Assembly (NCBI GenBank): GCA_965178125.1
Contig: OZ237736.1
Span: 372,001 to 436,000 of the forward strand
Origin: Bilabrum cf. latius
Lineage: Eukaryota
Reading direction: 5' to 3'
Length of the DNA stretch: 64,000 nucleotides
Part shown: in pieces, positions 10,801-23,300 of the stretch
Position numbering within the stretch: the stretch's first letter is position 1
Layout of the letters: every line of letters begins with the position of its first letter
The notes under the pieces: generated by a model
Seen by the model: only the letters and a program-made list of their open reading frames with translations
Database searches by the model: none
Told to the model about the DNA's origin: nothing
Made by a program: the position numbers and the translations under genes

Positions 10801-13800
10801 GAGGTGGTGGCGCCAGTGCAGCCGCTTCCGGGGTCGGGTGTGTACGAGGAGATGTTTGAGGTGGGTGGCAGCGGGCTTCGGTCTGACACGTTGCTGGGCG
10901 GGTGGGTGGGCGGGAGTCGTTGCGGGAGCGTGAGCGTGGTTGATTCGTCTGCTTTGGGTCTTGGATCTGTGTCGGGTCCGTATGTGCGGTGCAGCGGTGT
11001 GCGGTCTCCATCGTCTTGGTCTGGTCGTGACGTGGTGCTGTCGTATGGACTGGTGGGGAACGTGACTCTGCGGGACGCGATCCGTCCGTTGAATGCTCCC
11101 ACTGTGACATCGGCCGTGACGACGAGCGGGGTGCCTGTGGCCGGCGGGGTGCAGGTGCGTCTGGTGGGCGACGGGCTGGGCGTGTCTGCGTCTGACATAG
11201 CATCTGTGACGTGGGCTGGTCGGTCGGTGGCATCGTCGGGGTGGGAGTGGGTGAGCACGCAGGAGGTGCGCGTGATGGTGCCGGCTCGCGTGGACAAGAG
11301 CCCGAGCGGGGACGCGGCTGCAGTGGTGGTGAGCACGCGCGGGGGTCTGTCTTCGCCAGCGTACAACGTGTCGTACGACTCGATCCGTCTGGAGGTGGTG
11401 GCGCCAGTGCAGCCGCTTCCGGGGTCGGGTGTGTACGAGGAGACGTTTGAGGTGGGTGGCAGCGGGCTTCGGTCTGACACGTTGCTGGGCGGGTGGGTGG
11501 GCGGGAGTCGTTGCGGGAGCGTGAGCGTGGTTGATTCGTCTGCTTTGGGTCTTGGATCTGTGTCGGGTCCGTATGTGCGGTGCAGCGGTGTGCGGTCTCC
11601 ATCGTCTTGGTCTGGTCGTGACGTGGTGCTGTCGTATGGACTGGTGGGGAATGTGACTCTTCGGGACGCGATCAGACCCATGAGCAGACCTACGATCTCG
11701 TCGGTAGTGTCTGCGACGTTCCCAGCGAAAGGAGGAGTTATCATTCGAATTATTGGAGATGGCTTCGGACAGTCTGCGTCTGACATTGCGGCAGTGTCAG
11801 TGGATGGCGTAGAAACTGCCTCCTGGAGCTGGATCAATACTGCAGAGGTGAATACAGTGCTTCCAGCGAGTTCAAGAAGGACTGCAGTCCTTGCAGTGCA
11901 AACCAGAACCGGTCTGTCAGCGACGTTCGAGCTGAGATATGACCTACCATCGGTTGCCAGCACTCAACCGGGCTACATCTTGTTTGGTCAAGCTGTTTCG
12001 AATGCAAACCCTATTCTCGTATGCGGAGACAACCATGCTCCAGTGGAGCAGGATGCAGAGGTATTCGGTGGAGCTAGAGTCACTGTGACAATCGCTGGTA
12101 GAGAGTGCCAGCGATCTGTGCCTGTAAACAGTAGCTGCTCTCAGTGCGTCGAGCTGCGGCAGGAGCTTGCCGATTGGTCGAAACCGCGTGTAGTACAGGT
12201 TGACATCGAAGATCGAGAGTCACCAGAGGTCAAAGTCATTGAGACGTACGGAGCGCCGCAGCTCCTTGGACTTGAGTTTGATTCATTTGGAGTCAATCAG
12301 GACGTTGTTATGTTTGCAAACAATTTAGGTGAGCAGCCAAGCGACGTGTTGGGCATCGTGCTGCAAACGGTTGAGGAGGCAACTGGCGACTCACTTCCCG
12401 TGGACGCTCAGGATGTCGTCCGGCTGAGCGACATTGTTGGTGATGCTTCCTTCGATGAGCCCAGTTTCTTTGCTGGTGCTGTGACTTCCATGCAAGGTGG
12501 CAAAGTGGAGCTCTACGGCGGTGTGCAGCTGGGCGAAGGCACGGTGTCTTTCGCGGTGCCAGAGGGACTGTACTTGTTAAACGCCAGCTAGCGCCACGCT
12601 TCGGAATAGATAAATGGCCCGTCACCGGTGGGGTATCTCCGAATATGCACCCGGGCACTCGTTTGTACGCCTGCTCGGACAGTGGCAGCTGCAACGGCTC
12701 TCACCGAGCCACCTGTTCTTGTACCATGGCAGGTGATTGCCAGGCGGCCAATCGGGGACCCGACGCAGGTTGAAGTTGTTTGGACGTATCCGTCCCCGGA
12801 CGATGAAGCCAGGCTGCTTGCATCTTTTGGTTCTTTGAGCCAGCATGCACCTGCGACCGAGTTTCAATTGGTGGTGTCGCCTGTGAAGGGGACGTAGAGT
12901 GCTCAATCGACTCCACTCGACGCCGGGGGCGAAGAGCAGGTATTCACTGTGCAGGCGCGCAGGGCACTGCTGGGCACTGCGCCGATTGGTGAGGGTGCGA
13001 GGAGGCTGCAGCAGTCCTTAATCAATGGCACCGACGACTTGGACCTGTCACTCGACATGCTCGCTGGCACAGGCTCGTACAGAGTATCGGGCACTATATC
13101 TGCGGTAAAGGCAGGTGACATTGTGAACGGTTCAGCTCCGTCTAGCGTGGCCATTTATCGTCATGTTGTCACCACGAGGCACGTCCAGCCGGTTGTGGTC
13201 GCTGTGGGTGCGCAGGACAGCACTTCCGGCAAGGCTGCGCCAGTCGCCCGAGTAGACAACGAGGTCCGTGCCTCTTGCACTGCAGATCAATTCTTCGCGT
13301 CAAAAGAGGTCAACGCAACCGAGAGGGTGTGCAGGAGCTGCCCATCCACGGTTGCACCGTGCGGCGGCTTGGAAGCAGACGAAGTGCTTGCCGTGCCCGG
13401 CATGTGGCGGGTGCCGTGGAGCAGGCAGCAGTACCTCCCCTTCGCGAGGTGTCCTAGACCTGAGCTCTGCAGGGGTGTCGAGCAGCAGGCGGTGCAAGTG
13501 CTGGGTAGGCCGCAAGTGCCACAGGCAGAGGAAGACGCTATCGGAGTTGACGCGCTGCAGTCCATGTTCGATGCCGTTGTTGACACTTCGGGTCCTCTGA
13601 ACCTGTCGTTGGTGTCGACTGAGAGAGAGCTTGAAGGCTGCGCTGGCGACCACGCCGGTGTGCTGTGCCTGTCATGCGTCAGGGGCAAGTTTTTAAGCGC
13701 TGGGGGGGACTGCAGGGAGTGTGATCCTGGCAAGGCCGCCGGCCAGGTGATCGGAGCAGCGATCCTGGCCATGATGCTGACTGCGTGCATGTTCCTGCTG

Positions 13801-16002
13801 TCGCACCGGGACGCCATGAGCTTTTCAAGGGACTCCGAGGCCTTCCGATCGAAGGACTCCTCGGCGATGGGAATCTTGAGGGTGGTGCTGGGGCACGTGC
13901 AGGTGATTTCCATCTCCAGTGCGATCCGGCTGGAGTGGCCCACCGGGTTCGTAAGGCTGCACGGGTTCTCCAATGCAGGCACCACTGGGGGAGTAGACCT
14001 GGTCTCTCCTGACTGCGCACTGACCGGCAACGTGGATAGGGATGCTAACCTGGAGACTGGCATCGACCTTGGGGACAGCCCGGTCTTCAGTCGGGTCATA
14101 CTGGCCGCGTTGCTTCCTCTGTGTCTCCTCGGATGGGCGGCGCTAGCGTGCTACTTTGCGCCACCGCAGCTCTTGGACATTGCTGGGGGTGCAGTGAAGC
14201 TGACGAGCGCACCAAAATCGGACGCCACCGCTCTGCAATCGTAGGTAAAGTCGCTGCGAGCCAGCCAACGAAACCTCTTGTCTGGAATCAACCCACTGTC
14301 GCGAAAACCTGGGCTGCTTGCGGATGGGAGCACTGGCAGCAAGTTACCAGTTGCAGCGAAAAGCCAAAGCGAACTCGCTGCCAACCAGACCCACACGGCC
14401 AATCCCGTCGCTAGCTTGCTGCAATCCTCGAGCTCAAGCTCCAGGTCGCAGCAAAGCGGTGCCTCTGGATAGGCGGTAGCAGGACCGGATTTTTCGTTCG
14501 CGAGCAAGGTTCGAACGGGCGGCAGAACCCCATCTGAAGCCGCTGCAGCCGTCAAGCCCAAGGTCAAGGCCCGCGATCGCCTGTTTCTCGGCAACACGGC
14601 CACTTTCCTGCCAAGGCTTAAGGACAGGGTCATACTATGCGTTACGGTGATCGCAACGGTGCTGCACGCGTTCGTAACATCCCAGGCGATGAAGCTGCTG
14701 ACCTGCTAGCCGGTCGGTCCTGACGTCATAGAAGAGGCTTCGGCAGCAGCAAGCTAGGCTGATGGGAATGAAACCGCAGTCACATCAGACGCCGACAACA
14801 GTGGGTACAGCGCGTTTTAGCTCCGGCTCGTGGGCGACCTCGACGTAAACTGCGAAGCAACCGCGGGCCAGCGATTCGGGCTCGCCATCCCTGTCCTGCT
14901 GATCCTATCGCTGGGCGTGCCAGCTCTGCTCGGGTCGGTGGTGTGCTACCGCCGTGGCCAGTCTCCCACTACCAAGTACCAGATGAGCTACCTGGTTGCA
15001 AACTACGCAGGGCATGCGCAGTACTGGGAGGCCGTTGCGATGGTGAGGAAAGGGTCGCTGGCGGTTCTAACCGCGCTGCTGGAGCCAGTCGGGGTTGCAA
15101 TGCAGGTGAGTGTGACACTGTTGATAGTTGTTCTCAACCTGCTGGCAGTGACAGCACTGGCACCGCTTCGGACCTAGCTGGAGAACAGGTTAGAACAGGC
15201 ATCGGGCGGCGTCTTGGTGTTCACGTTTATCATCCTCTTGGCTCTTCCTGATGATTTCGCCGTGTCAAGCGCTGCTCAGGAGGCAGCATTCGAGCAGCTC
15301 GGCGGGCAAGATAGACTGCGTGAGAGAACGGGTGAGTGGGCGCTCGCCATCAACGCGCTGTTCTTTGCGGCTGCTGGGCTCGCCCTGATATACGTCTCGC
15401 TGCCTGGCAAGTGGAAGCTGTATCTGCAGTCCTGTGCCGGTGGGCCCTTGTGCGCTGCATTGCTCCCGTGCTTTGCTCTAGGCAGAGATCATGATGACCA
15501 TCTAGGCATTGCCAAGGGTGGAATTTCGGGCTGGAGCGCAAGTGGCAGCCGCAACGGGCGGCACGCCGCGGCCAAGCTGGCTAGGAGGGTCAGCAGCCAG
15601 CCGCAGCTGCACCTACCAGGGCCAGCTGCAGACGTCGATTAGAAGTCAAGCGTGGGCCCCCCGCGCGCTGGTCTTGCCAGTGCAAAGGGTCTACCCGGTG
15701 CCAGAAGTGCTGGAGCCAAGCAGCCTAGCCTCAAGCCAGCGGGGCGGCGAGACCTGGATTTGAGCTAGCTGGGATCCACGGGGACCGGTGGAAGTTCTCC
15801 TCGGTCTGGCCCAGGCATGCCCGACGAGCCCTCGCGGGAAGTGGACAGCACTTCGGCTGGCCGGTCGAGCAGACCAGCGCAGGGGCCGAAGCGGGTGCGG
15901 GCTCCCCACAGGCAAGCCAAGAGCGCGGGCGCAAGGCGCTTGCCGCCAGGCAAACGACCGGATCGGCCAAAGCCTGGGAAGCTGGCGCCAGAAGAGGTGT
16001 AA
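4897..16002 (+). CDS. ~3,700-aa receptor-like protein: signal peptide, RCC1/BLIP-II repeats, IPT/TIG repeats, Cys-rich region, multi-pass (~7) TM C-terminus
   Basis: Track ORFs 5215, 5569, 5866, 7309, 7660, 7921, 8680, 8947, 12628, 12949, 14278, 14830, 15214 and 15817 all lie in one frame. They are separated only by TAG (27 counted); the first TAA is at 16000. Motifs CWGSNSFGQLG, HTC, PTVTS..GG..V.L.G and YWEAVAMVRK. The start ATG is inferred. Confidence 0.85.
9322..11673 (+). repeat. 591-bp tandem repeat, ~4 near-identical units (197 aa each, about two IPT/TIG-like domains)
   Basis: Unit starts at 9322, 9913, 10504 and 11095. Only scattered substitutions (gag atg/gag acg, gac gcg/gac acg). 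Confidence 0.97.
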
Positions 16003-16429
16003 AACGACGCTGTTCTCTGCCGCCCCATGCTATCGGCATGCGAGGTTGTGGATTGCCTCTGCGACTCACGCGACCCGGAGGATGCAGGCAGGCCAGCGTC
16101 GGTACGAGCACCAACAATAAGATAGAGCAACAATGAGGTGGTTATTTTGTACGTTTCGTGGATGATCTTATCTTGCTGGGATCTAACTCACACGAGTGTA
16201 TACCGCGGCACACCCCGCAGCGGGTCGATTTTCAATCGTCTCGGCCTCGGTGAGCCTAAATGCGGAATCTAAGTCACGGTAGCGGCATTATCTCTCATCC
16301 TGGCCTAGCTCGGTCGTCCTCCTATCCTGTCGGCTGTCCTGTTCCGCCTGCACACTTCTGCTATCCGCCGAGGTGAAGCTGCCAGCTTTCGAGATGCGTC
16401 CTTTTGCCTTGGTGACTCCTTTCTGATTA

Positions 16430-17669
16430 TCATGCTCCCTTCGTCTCTCCTCCTCCACTTGCCTGTCGTGTTCCAGCTGCTCCACCCGTCTCTCCAGCTC
16501 GCCTACCGTCTGCTCGCTGTGGTCCCTGGCCCTGCACGCCATGATCACGCTTCCTTCCATAAAAAAAAGAAATAGACCCCAGCAGCGACGCAGCTCCTCG
16601 TGGGGAGTGCGCACCACCCGATGCATCCACCTACTCTGGACACCTGGCGCTGTTGGGAGCAGAACTAGCGCACCTTACAAGCGACCCGCGAGTATGGCGT
16701 CTATCGTCCCCCACAAATCTGGTGGTCGACCACTCGGAAGCGGCGCACACGGAGGGAGTCTGAACGACTGACGATCCGGCTACACTAGATGCCAATGAGC
16801 CAGGCCCAAGGAACATGCTTTCATAGAATTGATCACTGTCGTTGATCCGACGACTCCCACTCGCAGGTTTAGGGCTCCAGATCGTGTGCCGTCGAGGCGT
16901 CGCACGGCGTTCCACGCTGGAGCTCGAGGGATCCTCCTGCCACCAGACGATCTCTTCGGCGCAATCTTGCATTATCCTCCCTCGTTGATCCTGTTTGGTA
17001 TCAGCATCGCCTGATGGAGCCGCTGCCTTGCATTCCGTGCCATCCTTGTCGCAGTCAGGGTCTGGTCCCCCGGCAGGCGGCTTGGATGGATTGGTGCCGT
17101 GAAGCTGCCGAGCACCAGCCGATGCTCCCTGCTCGTCATGCTTGTGCTAATTCTCTTCGATTTTCGCATCGTGCGCAGTACCAGCTGTGATATCCCGCAG
17201 CGGGTGTCCCGGTGGCAGGTACTGGCTGAGCTCGTGAAGCACCACGGGCTGGTCGTCCAATTCGTCCAGCCGGCTGACGAGCGCCCTAACTCTGCTGGTG
17301 ACTGTACTCGATACAGCGCCAGTGTCGTTGCTGTTAGACCGGAGGCCTCGTTTGGATGGCGAGCGGTGCTGTGCTGCAGAACCGACAGCACCAGAAACTG
17401 CAGGGCATTGTAAGCTGTGTTGGATCCTACAAAAACATCCACGTCAAGCCTGCCTGAATCAATACGATGGTAACAGACGGTAGAGTATCAGACACTCAAC
17501 TCATATTTGATACTGGACTAATTTGCACACTGTTCTCACCAAGAACTGCTGGAATCAACGAGCCACCAGACTATGTAACTCTTTGCTTGGCCATACTATT
17601 TGTCGTCGCTGTGGCTTCAAACACATCATCGTCATTTCTTTTATCTTGCAAATGATTCCAACTATCCAT
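16430..17669 (-). CDS. Hypothetical low-complexity protein (putative intron 17398-17539; C-terminus uncertain near the homopolymer at 16561)
   Basis: Frame from 17397 to 16430 is interrupted only by TAG. GTGAGA donor and CCCTGCAG acceptor are phase-compatible. No homology recognised. Confidence 0.3.
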
Positions 17670-18405
17670 AGCTCCTGCGATACATGGACTTTAGCTGGCT
17701 CAATCGATACAAAGGCGTCACTGGAATACTTCGAGTTACAGCCACGCACTGCTGAACTCGACATAATTTGTTAGCATCACGCTAGTAACAATGCGACATT
17801 TATTAGCGTCATTGAAACGACAAGGACAGTTGTGTGGTTCAGCGAAAGCACAACGCCGACGGCTGGAAGCTAGGCCTGACCAAGGTCCATTATAGTCCGT
17901 ACATCGGGTTTTGCATGCGGTTCGTGCCACAATGAGCTCTTCAATATTCTCACCACCCGGAGATGCTGGCACATGTTTCGCCCTGCCCCCTATTTGTCGC
18001 TGCTACATGAACGACAGCCTCCCGTCGGCCCTCCGATCGTGCGTTGGGCTGATACTCGCATTACTAGTAGTAGAGTTGTCTTTGCACTCCTTCATGGCAT
18101 CAATTTCGTGCTAGTCTTTGATTGCTGCAAGATCAGAGCTGCCGCACAGTCCCATGACAACGTCTTAAGCAGGACCACAATCGGAGCTTTTAACATTTTT
18201 CATCATGCCGGCGGCCGGCACTGCCACTGGCAACTCCTCGGCGATGTCGGCAGAACTGCCGACGGAAGCTATATCCTCGAAAGACTAGAAGCATCGAGCC
18301 AACGTTTGCGAATAAAGATAATTGCACAATGATATTCTATTCCTAGCAAAATCGCGGACGTAGAAGCCTGCATCAAGACTACTTGGACTCGTAACAGACC
18401 CAAGA

Positions 18406-19656
18406 TCAATTCAAAGAGCCTGTAAGTCGCCGCCTCGTCCTACAGTCCTCACAAAGCACCAAGCGCTCCGGCGTGACCCCCACACTTTTAAACTATAAGG
18501 CCTCCTCAGATCTACACTCCTGCTCCCCCGAAGCGAGAGCCGGAGGGCCGGGGTCGACAATGGACCCGCGGCGCCACTCCTTCCTTGTGACGGCCCGTCC
18601 CATCGAATTCCCGCCAATCTCCTGCATGTTTTCGTCGATGCCATCAGACAGACGCGATGAACTAAGGCCCCAGATGATCCATGAGGAAGCATCGGACGGG
18701 GGTCGCTTGCCATAGACGCGAATCGCGCTGCGCCCGTCGGTGTCGCCGTCACCACTACCACGCGAACAAGCACTGCTTGTAGTGCTCGCCCCACGAGTTC
18801 CTGAGCTAGTCGCGATGGACACGCTCCGTGCATACCCCAGATTCATTCCAGATTCCTCCACAGAAGGCCTGCTCGTCAGGTCCCGGACACTGGTAGCACG
18901 CTAAAGAGCATCCCCACCGCAGCGGTTGCCGACCGGAGTTTCGTGTGCTCGTTGAATGCTGCAGCTGTGGCACCACTCGTCGGAGGGCTGCGTTGACGCG
19001 TACTCTCGGTGCCTGATGGCACCATTTGCTGAAAGATGTTCGCAGCCTGCTACGGGCGAGCCTCTGGATGGCGTTGCCGGCTGCCTTAAGCCTTGCCCGG
19101 GCGATGAATCGACTGCCAACGAATTGCGTACTCTGCCAACTTTCCCAATGGGCGAGGTGCGACCCCCGTGTAGAGATGCAGCTCCGCTGGAAGGATACGT
19201 CTGAGGCCATGCCACTCGTGGGGCGTGCAGCCTCCAAGACGTGGACGGCCCGGCCATGGCTGCTGTGCTGCTCCTTCGGCCCTCCCGATCCGACGACTCC
19301 GCCCCTCGGGCAATCTGGCCATCTTCATGTAGATCAAACCCTGATTGGCGTTGTGAACGCGAATGCAGTAATATCTTGTCAACCGGCGGGAAGCTCTAAC
19401 CAGCACTTGTAGCGAGCTCAAGCGGCTGGCCATTTGGCTCCTCTGATCGGCCGTTTGCGTCGCCCCTAGTATTGAAGGATTCCTCGTGGCTTAATCCCAC
19501 GCCATCACCACAAGATACTCGTGACTTGACTGAACCACTTGATTCCTGTCGGTTTCTTTTACTTGGTCCATCTTCAACTAGGTCATCCGGGAATGCTGCG
19601 CTTTCTCGAAAGCTAAAAAGAAATGAATTAGCTTCGAAGCGTAGCACAAATAACAT
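18406..19656 (-). CDS. Hypothetical protein (5' exon structure unresolved; GTAAGT donor at 19714)
   Basis: ORFs 19396..19656, 18901..19257 and 18493..18861 share a frame joined by TAG. Ends at TGA 18406-18408. Confidence 0.4.
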
Positions 19657-20328
19657 CGTGTATGATACGCGCTACAGTGCTCTGGCTTGCAGGGGACAAG
19701 ACAGACCGACTTACCTCCGTACACCAAAGTACTGCCAGTGCCGAGCCACTCCACTTCCTCTGCCCCTGTGCAGCGTACCACAGCCAAGTTTTGCAAGCCT
19801 GAGCCGGCTTTTAAAGCTACACTCTGCTTGGTCTTTTCAACGCAAGTCACTTCATCAGTATCTGCGGTGTTTAATAGCTGGATTCCGGCAGTTCGACGTT
19901 CCTGGGCTTGGCTGTAACCATGTGGTCTTTTATATTCACAGCGTGCGGTAATTGTCACGAGTATATGCCGTAGCTACATTATTAAGTGTGTATAAATGGC
20001 AGCAAGCAAACTTTTCTTCACGCAGCCACCCTAGCACGCTCGATCAACACCTCGGCCTCACGAATTGATTCCTGCACTTCAGGCCTGGCCATGCGACTGG
20101 AACCGCTGGCTTCGGAGGGTTCAGCAGCAATATGAGAATCAATGTCAACTACTTTGCAGTTCAAGCTGCTGCACATGCCCATTGTGTGCTGATCTGGACG
20201 AATTTTGACTTTTTGCCGATCAGCAGAATTGAAGAAGAAGAAGAGCCGAGAAGCGTCACCGTGACAGAGCCAAAGTTGGGCTCACATAGCAGGCTACCCC
20301 AAGGAATAGCGGACTTAACACCACCCAA

Positions 20329-23300
20329 TCAGGCCTATTCCATGTCTTCCATGCTTCCAAACGAAGCGCCAGTCGACACCTTCACGATGAGAGGCACGGA
20401 CAGCCGAACCGACCCTCCCAGCAAGGCCTTGCCCCCTCTCACCTGAGAAGGGACTGAAACTGCCCTCAGGCCGGCCCCAATTCCACTAGTCTCACCTCTA
20501 TCACCAGATGATCCTGAGGGAGATCCCCTTCCGGCCCCAGGGAGTGCCCCCAGAGGAGGCACCGCCTGTCGACCGACTGACCCTGCACCGCCGAGAACCG
20601 AGTCGTCCGTCGAAGCGAGACTCAGCGCCCCACCCGATCCCGAATCCCCAGAACCCCCCACGCCCACCCCACGCCAAGGCGAATGCTCCAGGCACCCAAG
20701 GCCAGGCCGCTCCGCTAGCCCGCATCGCACCAAGGGGCCGACAGCCACCTGGCCCATGGCAGGTCTGCACAGGCCGGCCATCGCAGCCGGTACTAGCTTC
20801 GACATGCACCGCGTCAGGTACGCTGCCACTCGAGCCCTGCTCTCCGCATCGCCGGGGCACTCCAGCACCAGCTCATCGTGCACCTGCAGCAGCACCTGCG
20901 ACCGGGCCAGCGCCTCCATTGTTCCCTGGTCCACCCCGCCAAGAAGGAACCCGTCGATGGGCTGTCTCCTCCCAGTGCCAATGCCCCCATCTAGCCCCCC
21001 CAAGCTGGAACCGAGGGGTGCCCCCAGCACGCGCTCCGCCGCCGCATCCAGCGCCCGCTCCACCAGGATCATGGCCACTTTGATCAAGTCTGCTGCACTC
21101 CCCTGGATCACCGTGTTGACCGCCCTCCTCTCTGCCTCTGCCCTCAGTCCCCTGTCGCTCGACGCGCTCGTGTTTGCGAGGTACCTCCGCCGGTTGGCCA
21201 GCGTGATCACGAAACCGTGAGCCCTCGCAAACTGCCTGGCAGACTCCATGAACCTCTGGATCCCGGGAAAGTGCTTGAACAGGCGCTTCCTCACGTCCCT
21301 GACCGCAGCTGCGGACGTGCCCAGCTTCCTAGCGGCGTCCTCCACACCATTGCCGTAGATCATCCCGAGCGTGACCGTCTTGGCCATGCCTCGCTCAGCG
21401 GCCGTCACGTCGTTGGCGTGCTTGCCGAAGACCATGCCCGCCACGGCTGCGTAGATGTCAGTCCCTCGGCTCGCGATGCCTGCCTGGCTGAGCGATGGCA
21501 TGCCTATGCCAGTGCTGCCCTGGCTGGCACCAGGCGAGGGCGCGCTTTCAAACAGCCGTAGGAGGTTCCTGTCTTGCGCCACGTGGGCCAGGATCCGCAT
21601 TTCAATCTGCCCGTAATCCGCTGCGAGCAGCGCACGGTCGGGGCCGCTGGCGACCAGCGCTGCACGGAACGATCCGAGCTGCTCCACCCCGTCATCTTCC
21701 TGCTCATCTCCATCCCCATCGGTTGCTTGAGCGGCAGATTGCTGCCCTAGACCGGCACTTGCCCCGCCTGCCGCGTATCTCTGCACCGCGGTGCTTTGCT
21801 TAGGGAGATTCTGCAGGTTTGGGTTGCGGCTGGACAGCCGCCCAGTGCCGGTGCACACCTGTGGCATTTGCGCGTGCAGTGTGTGGAGGCCGGGGTGGAT
21901 GCTAGCGGCAGCATTGGTCCAGTAAGTTTGTGTGCCTACCGGGTGTACAGACCCGATCGAAGCCGCAGCATTGGTCCTGCTACTGCTACTGCTACTGCTA
22001 CTGCTACTGCTACTGCTACTGCTACTGCTACTGCTGCTGCTGCTGCTGCTGCTGCTTGACGCTGATGGTGCCGGTGGCGATGCAGCTGTACCCTGTGGCG
22101 CCCTCTGCTGGCGAGCAGGCAGTAGGACCCGATCGGCAGGCTTGACGGCCTTGCCTCCAAATTGCATGAACGTGTTGATCGACTTGGTGACCTTGCGCCA
22201 GCGCAGGATGATGCCCGGCAGGGGGTGCTGCGACTGCAGCTGCTGCAGCACTTCTTCCCTGGTCGAGCGATGTATCTTGGTCTTTGGACCGCTCTCCTTC
22301 CTCGCCCGCTGCCTCTCGTCATGATGAAGTCCCAGCTCATCGAACAGAATGCCCGCCACGTCCTTGTTGCTGGACACCTAGAACGACCGTCCCAGGCACC
22401 TGTGAGCGTCCTGCTCCAGCTGCTTCTGCCTCTTGCTGAGGTGCTTGTCGTACGCATCAGTGATGGCAGGCAGGAAGGGGACACCGGCGGCTTCAACGCG
22501 AGCCAGCAACGGTGTTAGTGCCATCTCTTGGAAGTAATACACGCCCAGCTGTCCCCGCATGGCGAGCTGTCGTTCCAGGAGGCAGTAGAGATGAGCTGTC
22601 CGGCAGAGGGTGCCCCACAGAGACTGCTTGGACTGCGGCTGCGCTGCGCCGCTGCTGGCAGCGGGACTATGATGCAGGTCCAAGGGGAGGTAGAATGACT
22701 CGGGGCAGGGGCTAGCTTGAGCCATTTGCCATAGGACTGACGCAGGAAGTCCCTGCACGGCCGGGGTCCTGACAGCTGCGGTGACCTTTGTCACTTCCTG
22801 CACAGCTTTCACGACGGCATCCGTGTGAACAGTGTACGCGGCGGTGGTGACATCTGCAATGCACTGCACTGCACTGGCAGCGGCAGGGATCACCTGCATG
22901 AGTGCGTGTAGGTTCGTGGCCCCGCTGTTGCACACCTTTGGCACGCCCGGGATCTGCAGAATCCGCGCCAGCACGGCCCACCTCCACCGAGCTGGGACCG
23001 CCGCGGCCGGATTCACAGATGCAGAGCGCTGGAGCGCACCAGCCTTGCTGTTGTCCCCACGTAGACAAGAACATACCCAATCGTCGAGTACTTGTGCCGC
23101 CGCGGCATCACCGACAAGCGTGCCTGCACCTTGCTTGGACTGCTCTGAACTGCAGTCGAAGTCGGGCTGCATGGGAAGGAGGAAGAACCTGGCGTGCCTG
23201 ATCCATTGAATGACAGCATGCGCCTTGTCATTGGCAGTGTGCTACCAATCGCGGGGCATCGCGGCGATTGCGACGTGGGTCACCCCGTCAGGGGAGGTGG

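Noticed and set aside
9322-11673. CRISPR array or diversity-generating retroelement TR/VR pair linked to the nearby RT
   Set aside because: There are no spacers and no adenine-specific variation; the units are in-frame coding and the RT is LINE-type.
9075-11963. Long antisense ORFs (962 aa and 804 aa)
   Set aside because: They are shadows of the GC-rich tandem repeat, which lacks antisense stops; the sense frame has recognisable domains.
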